Positions 49,303-58,100 of a stretch of 64,000 nt of DNA are shown here, piece after piece. The notes below the pieces were generated by a model. That model had not been told where the DNA came from and made no database searches. It worked only from the letters and a program-made list of their open reading frames with translations. Origin of the DNA: an uncultured Gemmatimonadales bacterium (GTDB taxonomy: Bacteria > Gemmatimonadota > Gemmatimonadetes > Longimicrobiales > RSA9); the NCBI GenBank assembly GCA_963783305.1, contig CAWAMW010000002.1, forward strand, positions 224,001-288,000, written 5' to 3'. The translations under genes and the position numbers were made by a program. Position 1 is the stretch's first letter. Every line of letters begins with the position of its first letter.

Positions 49303-50334
49303 CTAGGCAATGTGCAGGAGATCGGCGCTCCGGTCCACGCTCGCGATTACGCGGCGCGCACCCTCGTCGGTCTCCCCGAATACAGCCGTGCCGGCGGCAT
49401 CGGCCATCATGCAGCGGTCCGCGGCCACGGTGACGCTCCGCATGGCGCTCCGCCGGGGCTCACCCGTGCGCGGGTCCAGCAGATGGTGGTAGCGGCGACC
49501 CTCGTACTCGAAGTACTGCTCGTAGTCGCCGGACGTGGCGATCGCCCGATCACTGATCCGGAACGTCGCCGCCAGCTTCCCGGCGTCATCGGGATCGCGG
49601 ACGCCCACCTCCCACGCGTCCCCGTCCTCCGAGACCCCCAGGGCGTACAGGTCCCCGCCCACGTTCACCAAAGCGTTCTGCACGCCCCACTCCCGCAGCG
49701 CGGCCACCGCGCGGTCCACGCCGTAGCCTTTGGCGATGCCGCCCAGGTCCAGTGCCACATCCTCATCACGATAGACCACGACCGGCGAACCGGAATGCTC
49801 GCCGAGCTCCAGCTCCCGGTAGAGCGACGCGCCGGCGAAACGACGCAGCTCGCCGGCGGCGGGGGGGGCCGCGCGATGGCCCACGTCCCAGAGCTCGACC
49901 GCCCGGCCCAGTGTGGGGTCGAATGCGCCCTGGCTGGCCTCCGCCCAGACGAGCGCGGCGGACACCACCTCCGCGGTCGCGCCACTCACCGGCACCGGCC
50001 GCTGCGCCGCCTCACGGTTGGCGCGACCCACCTCGGAATGGTCGCTGAACCGGGTCATGGTGCGGTCCACGGTCCGGAGCTCGGCGATCGCCGCGCCAAT
50101 GGCGGCCTGCGCGTACCGCGGGTCCCGGTGGACCACGCCGATCTCGGCGATCGTACCCATCACCGGCACCACCCGCCGCACCAACCTGCGACCGGGCCGG
50201 ATCACTCCCGGCGTGGCCGCCACCACGAGCGCGCCCACACCCAGCGCCATGAACTCGCGACGGGACGGCCGACCACCGGCGACGCCGGGCTCGGAGGTCG
50301 GGTTCCGGGACTCGATATTCGGATTGCGATTCAT
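49303..50334 (-). CDS. apbE: FAD:protein FMN transferase with Tat signal
   Basis: SRREFM leader; VMGT, AFDPT, DLGGIAKGY, ATSGDYEQ, HHLLDPRTG, ADAAGTA. Confidence 0.93.
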   Translation of the reverse strand: MNRNPNIESRNPTSEPGVAGGRPSRREFMALGVGALVVAATPGVIRPGRRLVRRVVPVMGTIAEIGVVHRDPRYAQAAIGAAIAELRTVDRTMTRFSDHSEVGRANREAAQRPVPVSGATAEVVSAALVWAEASQGAFDPTLGRAVELWDVGHRAAPPAAGELRRFAGASLYRELELGEHSGSPVVVYRDEDVALDLGGIAKGYGVDRAVAALREWGVQNALVNVGGDLYALGVSEDGDAWEVGVRDPDDAGKLAATFRISDRAIATSGDYEQYFEYEGRRYHHLLDPRTGEPRRSAMRSVTVAADRCMMADAAGTAVFGETDEGARRVIASVDRSADLLHIA

Positions 50335-50483
50335 TTTTCCTGCTCCGTGTACTTGCATGAGGCGCCACTGCACGAGCCGCAGCTGTCGCCGCCGCACTTC
50401 TGTTTCCGCGCCAGAACCGGCGCCATCAGCCCGAACGCACCGAAGAGCACCGCGAAACCGAGCACCGCCACCACCGTGCTCAC
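50331..50483 (-). CDS. Small TM protein with Cys-rich tail (NqrM-like)
   Basis: GTG overlapping rnfA stop; TM then KQKCGGDSCGSCSGASC; stop overlaps apbE start. Confidence 0.7.
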   Translation of the reverse strand: MSTVVAVLGFAVLFGAFGLMAPVLARKQKCGGDSCGSCSGASCKYTEQEK

Positions 50484-51058
50484 GACGAGAACAGCCCGGC
50501 GAAGCCCATGAACGCCAGCGACAGGCTGCCGGCGATGATCAGGACCAGGCCCATGTTCCGCGCCACCGCGGGGAGGGCCGACAGCTCCGTGCGCTCTCGG
50601 ATCGACGCCATGAGCACGAGCGCCAGCGTGACGCCGAGGCCGGCGCCGATGGCGAACACGAGCCCCTCGAGGAACCCGTAGCCGCGGTTCGTCTGGAAGA
50701 TCGCCAGACCGAGGATCGCGCAGTTGGTCGTGATCAACGGCAGGAAGATGCCCAGCTCCCGGAAGAGCCCCGGGCTCACCTTCTTGATCGTGATCTCCAC
50801 GATCTGCACCAGCGATGCGATCACCACGATGAACGAGATCAGCCGCAGGTACGGCGCCGAGGGCAGCACGAAGCTGTTCAGGAACCACGCGGCGATGGCG
50901 GTCAGCACCATCACGAAGATGTTTGCGCCCCCCATCCGGAGCGCCGTGCTCACCCGCGCCGACACGCCCAGGAAGGGGCACAGCCCGAGGAAGAGCGCCA
51001 GCGTGAAGTTGTTGACCAGCAGCGCCGAGATGAAGATGAAGAACAGATCGCCGCCCAT
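50480..51058 (-). CDS. rnfA: Rnf complex subunit A
   Basis: VNNFTLALFLGLCPFLG, LPLITTNCAILG. Confidence 0.93.
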   Translation of the reverse strand: MGGDLFFIFISALLVNNFTLALFLGLCPFLGVSARVSTALRMGGANIFVMVLTAIAAWFLNSFVLPSAPYLRLISFIVVIASLVQIVEITIKKVSPGLFRELGIFLPLITTNCAILGLAIFQTNRGYGFLEGLVFAIGAGLGVTLALVLMASIRERTELSALPAVARNMGLVLIIAGSLSLAFMGFAGLFSS

Positions 51059-51756
51059 CACGCCACCTGCTTTCCGGTGGGCGCGGTGGCCCGCGCGGTC
51101 ATGGAGCCCACGCCGTGCGGCCATTCACGCACGCGCGGGCCGCTCCCCTTCTTCTTCCGCTCCTCCCACGAGGCGAACCCCAGCAGGATGAAGCCGAGGG
51201 TGAAGAACCCGCCCGGAGGCAGGATCATGATCACCCACGGCTCGAAGCCATCACCGAAGACGGAGTAGCCCAGGATGCTGCCGCTGCCGAGGAGCTCCCG
51301 GAAGGTGCCCATGATGAGCAGCGCGATGCCGAAGCCGAGACCGCTTCCGACCGCGTCCAGCACCGACCGACCCACGGAGTGCTTGCTCGCGAACGCCTCC
51401 TGCCGCCCCAGGATCATGCAGTTCACCACGATCAGCGCGATGAAGGCGCCCAATGCCTTGTGGATCTCCGGCACCACCGCGTTCAGCACCAGGTCCACAA
51501 TCGTCACGAACGTCGCGATGATCAGGATGTAGGCGCTGATCCGGACTTCCTTCGGGATCACGTCCTTCACCAGTGAGACCAGGATGCTGCTCCCGACCAG
51601 GACGAAGAACGTCGCCGCCGCCATGGCGATGCTGTTCGCCACCGTGTTCGTAACCGCCAGCGCCGGACACAGCCCCAGCAGCTGGATCAGCACCGGGTTC
51701 TCCTTCCAGACCCCGCGCATGAGGTCCTGCGTCGGCGTCGTCTGCCTCGGGCTCAT
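51058..51756 (-). CDS. rnfE: Rnf complex subunit E
   Basis: ENPVLIQLLGLCPALAVT, LIVVNCMILGR, ILPPGGF. Confidence 0.93.
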   Translation of the reverse strand: MSPRQTTPTQDLMRGVWKENPVLIQLLGLCPALAVTNTVANSIAMAAATFFVLVGSSILVSLVKDVIPKEVRISAYILIIATFVTIVDLVLNAVVPEIHKALGAFIALIVVNCMILGRQEAFASKHSVGRSVLDAVGSGLGFGIALLIMGTFRELLGSGSILGYSVFGDGFEPWVIMILPPGGFFTLGFILLGFASWEERKKKGSGPRVREWPHGVGSMTARATAPTGKQVA

Positions 51757-52490
51757 TGCCCACCCCCCGCGTATCCCTTCAGGACACCGTCCAGCGCTTC
51801 CAGACGGTGGTTGATGATGTCGATGACCGCGTTGGACGAGATCGTGGCACCCGTGATCATGTCCACCTCCTCCGCCGCACCCGTCGGCTCCTTCACCCCA
51901 CGGAGCGGAGTGCCCACGCCGTCGAACCCCGTGATGAACGCCTCGTCCTTCATGATCGCGTCCCCCAGCCCCGGGGTTTCCTTGCTCTCCAGCACCCGCA
52001 TCCCCAGCACCTCCCCCGAGCCTGGGTCATAGCCGAAAATGAGCTGGATCACGTCCTGGAAGCCCGGTTCCGCCCCGACGATCGCTATGCCCATGGGGGC
52101 GCCGCTCGCGCTGAAGCCGGCATAGACCTTCTCCGCCTTCACCGTGTCCACACCCGCCGGCGGCTCTTCCACGAGCCGACCGTTTTCGACGTACAATGTC
52201 TGCACCCGCTCCGGACCCCCCAGCACCTCGCCAATGGCGTCCGTCAGCACGCGCGCCCGGTACTCGAGGATCTGAGGCTGCGCCCATTCGAATACGCTGA
52301 CGATGAGCAGCCCCGCCAGCGCGCCCGCCAGCGCGAGCGTCGTGATCAGTCGCCACGCCGGCACGTCGTCCGCCTCCGGGTGCGGACCCGCATCCGACTC
52401 GAACGCCGGCCCGGTCTCCGGCGGCTCCTCCGCATCTCCCCGGTACGCCTGCGACTCCGTCACGGGCAGCTCCTTCCGATCCTCGCTCAT
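51753..52490 (-). CDS. rnfG: Rnf complex subunit G
   Basis: ETPGLG, DMITGATISS FMN-attachment motif; ATGA overlap. Confidence 0.9.
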   Translation of the reverse strand: MSEDRKELPVTESQAYRGDAEEPPETGPAFESDAGPHPEADDVPAWRLITTLALAGALAGLLIVSVFEWAQPQILEYRARVLTDAIGEVLGGPERVQTLYVENGRLVEEPPAGVDTVKAEKVYAGFSASGAPMGIAIVGAEPGFQDVIQLIFGYDPGSGEVLGMRVLESKETPGLGDAIMKDEAFITGFDGVGTPLRGVKEPTGAAEEVDMITGATISSNAVIDIINHRLEALDGVLKGYAGGGQ

Positions 52491-53566
52491 GCCGCCCCCA
52501 TTTTCTTCGCCGACCGTTCCGCGGTACCGAAGACCTTGGGACGCGTCGCGCGCTCGATGAACGGGACCATGGCGTTCATCAGCAGGATGGCGTACATGAC
52601 GCCTTCCGGCAGCCCGCCCCAGTTGCGGATCACCACCACCAGCGCGCCGATCCCGACTGCGTAGATCCACGAGCCCTTGTGGGTCACCGGCGAGGTGACC
52701 ATGTCGGTCGCCATGTAGACGGCGCCCAGCATGAGACCGCCGCTGAAGAGCATGAAGAGCGGCCCCGGGTAGGCCGGATCGATGGCGCTCAGCAGCCACG
52801 ACAGCCCCGCCACCGTGGCGAAGATCCCGGCGGGAATCCGCCAGTTCAGATAGTTGCGCGCGGCCAGGTACGCACCCCCCAGCAGGATCAGGATCGCCGA
52901 CGTCTCGCCCAGCGACCCGCCGGTCGTACCCACCAGCAGGTTGAGCACGTCCGTCGCCTGACCCTCGAACTTCATGAGCCCCAGCGGCGTCGCCTGCGTC
53001 AGCGCGTCCACCTCCCCCGCCGTCATCAGCGGCGTGGCGAACAGGTCTCCCCGCAGCTGGAGCCATGAGCCCGTATCCGCCATCCGCAGCGACGGCCAGG
53101 TCGTGATGGCCGTGGGGAACGCCGCCTGGAGGAACGCCCGGCCGAGCAGCGCCGGGTTGAAGATGTTCTGCCCGAGACCCCCGAAAATGAGCTTTCCGAA
53201 CCCGATCCCGAACGCACCGCCCACGAAGGCCATCCAGAGCGGGAACCCCGGGGGGAGCGTGAGGCCGAGCAAGAGCCCGGTGATCGCCGCCGAGCCGTCG
53301 CGCAGGGCGCCGCCCGGGCCGAACACCCGCTCCGTCAGCATGGCCCCGAGCACCGCGGTGGCGATCACCAGCAGCGCGCTCACGCCGAAGAAGTAGAGCG
53401 AGGCCGCCACCACCGGCAGGAGTGTGATCACCACCGACCACATGATCCGGGCGGTGGAATCCTGTGCGTGCAGGTGCGGCGAGGCCATGAGCCGCAGCGA
53501 CGGATCGTCCGTCGGTCCGGGCAGGCCCGCCGTCTGCTGCCAGCCGGTCCCGCGCCACGGGCTCAT
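52487..53566 (-). CDS. rnfD: Rnf complex subunit D
   Basis: FGGLGQNIFNPA, DALTQATPL, GSLGETS, MATDMVTSP, PEGVMYAIL. Confidence 0.93.
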   Translation of the reverse strand: MSPWRGTGWQQTAGLPGPTDDPSLRLMASPHLHAQDSTARIMWSVVITLLPVVAASLYFFGVSALLVIATAVLGAMLTERVFGPGGALRDGSAAITGLLLGLTLPPGFPLWMAFVGGAFGIGFGKLIFGGLGQNIFNPALLGRAFLQAAFPTAITTWPSLRMADTGSWLQLRGDLFATPLMTAGEVDALTQATPLGLMKFEGQATDVLNLLVGTTGGSLGETSAILILLGGAYLAARNYLNWRIPAGIFATVAGLSWLLSAIDPAYPGPLFMLFSGGLMLGAVYMATDMVTSPVTHKGSWIYAVGIGALVVVIRNWGGLPEGVMYAILLMNAMVPFIERATRPKVFGTAERSAKKMGAA

Positions 53567-55074
53567 GCGTGCACCGCGGCCGTCCCGGCCTCGTCCCCGA
53601 CCAATGCATCCGCTGCCGATCCAGGCGATTCAGCCGCCGCGGCCGCCGCCTCCGCCCGTTCCCGCTCCGCCTTCTCTTCCGCCTCGTCCTTCTGCCGCTG
53701 CTTCCGCCGCCGCAGTCCGCCCTTCCCCAGTGCGAACATCTGGGAGAGCGGGATATTGGACGGGCAGACATAGGAGCAGGAGCCGCACACCATGCAATCC
53801 ATGAGGTGTTGGTTCTCCATCTCCTCGTAGCGGCCGAGCTGCGCCAGCTGGCCCAGGTGCTGCGGGTCCAGGAAGACAGGGCACGCGTCCAGGCACCGGC
53901 CGCAGTGGATGCACGGCATGGCCGGCGGACGCGCCGACTCCTTGTCCGTGAGCACCACCACACCGGACGTGCCCTTCACGATCGGAACATCCAGATCCGG
54001 CTGCGGCAGCCCCATCATGGGCCCGCCGAAGATCACCTCCGTCGCGTCCTCCGTCAGCCCGCCACAGAACTCGATCACGTCCCTGAGCTTGGTCCCCACC
54101 GGCACCACCAGGTTCTGCGGCCGGCGAACGCCCGGGCCGGTGACGGTGACGATCCGCTCGATCAGCGGATACCCCGTCTCGAAGACCTCGGCGATCGCGG
54201 CGATGGACCCCACGTTCTGGACCACCGCCCCAACATGCATCGGCAGCTTCCCCGACGGCACTTCCCGCCCCGTCACCGCCTTGATCAGCATCTTCTCCGC
54301 GCCCTGCGGATACTTCACCGTCAGCCCGATCACCTCGATATCCAGGTCCGGTGGGACCGTCTCGCGCAGCCGCTCGATGGCGTCGGGCTTGTTCTTCTCC
54401 ACCCCGATCACCGCCCGAGCCACGCCCAGACACTGCATCATCACCCGGATCCCGAAATGCACCCGCTCCGGGTGCTCCACCATGACCCGGTGATCACTCG
54501 TCAGGTACGGCTCGCACTCCGCACCGTTGATCAGCAGGAGCTCGACCGAGACATCCTCAGGCGGGTTCAGCTTCACGTGCGTCGGGAACCCGGCCCCTCC
54601 GAGCCCCACCACTCCCGCACCCTGCACCGCCTGCCGCACTTCCGCCGCGCTCAGGCCGTCCCACTCCGGGACGATCCGCGGCCGCGGCAGCTGCGGACTG
54701 AACGTGTCCACCTGGATCCGGATCGCCCGGTCCATGCTCCCGTCCGGGTGCGGCCACCACCCGATCTCCGTCACCCGCCCCGTGGCCGGCGCGTGGATCG
54801 GCACCGACACGTACCCGTCCGCCACACCCAGCACGTCCCCGCGCTCCACCCGGTCGCCCACCGCCACGATCGGACGCGCCGGCTTCCCCGCGTTCTGACG
54901 CAGCGGAAGCACGACCTCCTCCGGGAACGGCATCCGCCGGATCGGCACGCTTGCCGTCAGCGACTTCGAGTCCGGCGGGTGCACACCGTGCCGGAAGCTC
55001 GGCCCGAAGAGCAGCTCCCCGAACGTGCGCTTCCGCGCCTTCTTCCCCGCCCCTCCAGTAGTTGGCTTCACCAC
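53563..55074 (-). CDS. rnfC: Rnf complex subunit C
   Basis: GLGGAGFPTHVK, NGAECEPYLTSD, YPQGAEK, GGPMMG, two CxxCxxCxxxCP motifs. Confidence 0.95.
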   Translation of the reverse strand: MVKPTTGGAGKKARKRTFGELLFGPSFRHGVHPPDSKSLTASVPIRRMPFPEEVVLPLRQNAGKPARPIVAVGDRVERGDVLGVADGYVSVPIHAPATGRVTEIGWWPHPDGSMDRAIRIQVDTFSPQLPRPRIVPEWDGLSAAEVRQAVQGAGVVGLGGAGFPTHVKLNPPEDVSVELLLINGAECEPYLTSDHRVMVEHPERVHFGIRVMMQCLGVARAVIGVEKNKPDAIERLRETVPPDLDIEVIGLTVKYPQGAEKMLIKAVTGREVPSGKLPMHVGAVVQNVGSIAAIAEVFETGYPLIERIVTVTGPGVRRPQNLVVPVGTKLRDVIEFCGGLTEDATEVIFGGPMMGLPQPDLDVPIVKGTSGVVVLTDKESARPPAMPCIHCGRCLDACPVFLDPQHLGQLAQLGRYEEMENQHLMDCMVCGSCSYVCPSNIPLSQMFALGKGGLRRRKQRQKDEAEEKAERERAEAAAAAAESPGSAADALVGDEAGTAAVHA

Positions 55075-55105
55075 CGTATCACCGCCCCATAAGCGTCATC
55101 GTAGT

Positions 55106-55193
55106 TTCCGCGAGGCCGAAGGCCGAGCCCTCCGCGCCCAGCGGGCGCTCCCCGCGAGCGAAGCGAGCCTTCCGCGAGGCCGACGGCCGAGCC
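55106..55193. repeat. Tandem REP-like units between por and rnfC
   Basis: TTCCGCGAGGCCGA[A/C]GGCCGAGCC at 55106-55129 and 55170-55193 (23/24) flanking CCCCGCGAGCGAAGCGAGCC. Confidence 0.75.
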
Positions 55194-55196
55194 ACT

Positions 55197-58100
55197 TCAG
55201 TTGAACGGCTCCGCCCGCTTCACCCACTTCTCCAGGTCCTTCTCGCTCTTGTTCAGCGGGGTCCCGGGGTGGATGATCCCGGCCGGACACCGCTCAGCGG
55301 CCATGACGATCTCCTTGAACGAGCCGGCCGCCGCATCGGCGATATACGCCTGCTTCGCATCGTTGTACTTGAACAGCCGGTTGTTCAGGTTCGTGCATTC
55401 GTTGCAGGTGGTGCAGCGCGCCGTCTCGATGTACGGCTCCATCCCGAGCTCGTCGTCCTCCTCCGGCTCGGCCGTCGCCGATTCCACCACCGACGACGGC
55501 TTCTCCATGGTGGCCACGCCACCCCCGTCCTTCACCGACTCCGCACCGCCCGCCGCGCTCCCCTTCCCGGCCCCGTTTCCTCCGCTCGGACCCACCTGGA
55601 GTCCCCCAACCTCGGCGCCGATCGGCTGCAGCCCAGGCGTCGACTGCGCGGTCTTGAGCAGGTCCGCAACCGTACGGTTCCCCGTACCCTGCTTCACCAG
55701 CCCCTCGGCCAGCCGCCGGGCGATGATCTGCGGGTACGTGGCCTTCAGCTCCTCCAGCTTGGCCTCGAACTCCTGCCGCGCGACCGCGAGCTTCGACTCG
55801 AACTCCGCCTGCATCTCCGAGCCGATCTCGTCGCGGACCCACTCCGGAACCTCCAGCCCCGCCATCTCCTTCAGCTGGTGCCAGTAGAGCAGCCGCTCCT
55901 CGGCCAGCGTCACCATCTCCTTCGAGACCCGCACCCGCTTCAGCGTGCGGTCGTCGGCCAGGGAGTAAATGAACGGGACCTTGCCCGCGCGATCGTCCTT
56001 CTCCATGGCGACGAACTCGTGGAATACCACCATGTCGTCGTTCCACTGGTCCTCGGGCACGGACTTGAAGTGCTTCTTGAACCGCGTCTCTGTCGCGGCC
56101 CAGTCGGCGATCGTGACCGGCAGCTCGATCTTCTGCTCGGCGCCATCCGCGTCCACGTACGTGAGCTCGTACAGCGGCCAGAGCTCGTCCATGCTCGGGT
56201 TCCCGTCCAGGCTCAGGCACTCCGCGATGGAGTCGCCGGCATCCGGGTCGTAGGTAAGGAACGGGAACGCCCGGCTCTCCAGAGCCAGCTTCGCGCTCGC
56301 CGGCGCCCACTCATCCGGCAGCCCGTGCTCCACCGGGCACGGCGTGTACACGTTGATCACGCTCGGCCGCCGCGTCTTGAGACCCTTGATCAGCCCGCCG
56401 ATCAGGTGGCTCGCCGACGCCTGCGAGGTCTGGTGGACGTAGGCCCCGCGGTGCGCCATGGCGATATAGCCCAGCTCCTTGCGGACCTCCGTCTTCCCGT
56501 GCACCGCGGCGCCGAACGGCGACATGTCCGCAGACTGCCCCGTGTACGTGCCCGTGCTCGCCTGCCCACCCGTGTTCGAGTAGACCTGCGTATCCAGCAC
56601 GATCACCCGGATCGGCTTCCCGCTCGCCAGCAGCCGGCTCAGGTTCTGGAACCCGATGTCCAGCATGGCGCCATCGCCGCCGATCGACAGGATCGGCGGG
56701 ACCAGGTTGAACTCCTCCTCGTTGAACTGCTGCCAGTCGAAGTTCGTGAAGAACGCCTCGTCCTTCTCAGCGTCGTAGCTGCCGTCCAGGAGCTTCTCGG
56801 CGCGGCGGAGGGAGACGAAGTTGTCGCCCATCTTCCGCATGTGACCTTCGAAGATCCCGATCGCGATGCTCGGCGCGTCCTGGAACAGGTGGTTGACCCA
56901 CGGGAACGGGTACGGGTTGAAGGGATAGCTGCTCCCCCACACGCTCGAGCAGCCGGTGGAGTTGGTGATCCCCATTTCCGCCCGGCCGCGGCCGCTCGGT
57001 CCCTCCTCGTACCGCCACTTCAGGTCCTTCAGCGCCTTCAGCGACGACGCGTACCGCTCCAGCTGCACGCGCTTGTCGTCGCTCATCGGCACGTCCACCC
57101 GACCGCCCTCGGCCACCGACATGAGGTCCAGGTCGGCATCCGCCGACAGCAGCCCCCGCGCCTTCTCGTCCAGACCGGCGATCAGCGTATCGAGCTTCGT
57201 CATCAGCTTCTCGACCCGCCCCTGCATCAGCGCCTCGATCGTCGACGTGATCAGGTGCACCGCCGTCTTTTCGCCACAGCCCATGCACGCGCCATCGCCG
57301 CCCACCATGCTTCGGTACACGTCCTTCCGGAGCAGCAGGCTCGGCAGCACCCCGATCCCTTCCTCCAGGTCACGGATGTTGATGAACCGCTCATCCGTGT
57401 CCGGCAGCGCCTTCCAGAAGTCCCAGTTCCGGCGCAGCTCCTCCACCGTCTCCTCGTCCTGCTTGATCGTGATCAGCGCGTTCTCCGGGCAGACCTCCAC
57501 GCAGATGTTGCAGCCCTTGCACGCTTCCGGGTTGATCGTAACCGACAGCAGCCCGCCGGCTCCCTTCTCCTTCGACTCCGGGTTGTCCCAGAACGGCTGC
57601 GTCTTCGCCAGCGGGAACTCCGCCAGGATCGGGTACACGGCGGCGAAGTCGTCATCCAGCTCACGGCGCTTCTCCGGGTCCCAGTTCAGCTTCGGAACCA
57701 GGTTCTTGTACGCCGCCTTGAGGGTGTCGCCGAAGTTGTCGAAGGGCACCCCCTCCACCACCTTCCGCGTCTCCTTCACGAGGTGCTTCGACACCTGCTT
57801 CAGCCGGTCCAGGCTGCGCCCGTTCTGGGCGTGCGCGATCGCCGTTTCCAGCAGGTCCTCCACACTGTTCACCAGACCCGGGATCGCCGCGTCCGGGCAC
57901 TGCGTCCAGCACTGCGCGCACCCCGTGCACTTGCTCGCGATGAAGTCCGGGACCTCGAACCGGATGTTCGTCATGTCCCGGATCACGCTCGTGGCCGCCG
58001 GGATCGCGCTGATCGCCGCATACGGGTCCGCGATCGGCTCCTCGCCCGCGCCGTAGATCGAGCACACCTGCTCGAAGAACCGGCCGGGGTTCCCGATCCC

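Noticed and set aside
51753..53963. 736-aa RnfG ORF
   Set aside because: The extension overlaps rnfD/rnfC out of frame; ATG 52490 overlaps the rnfD stop and fits RnfG size
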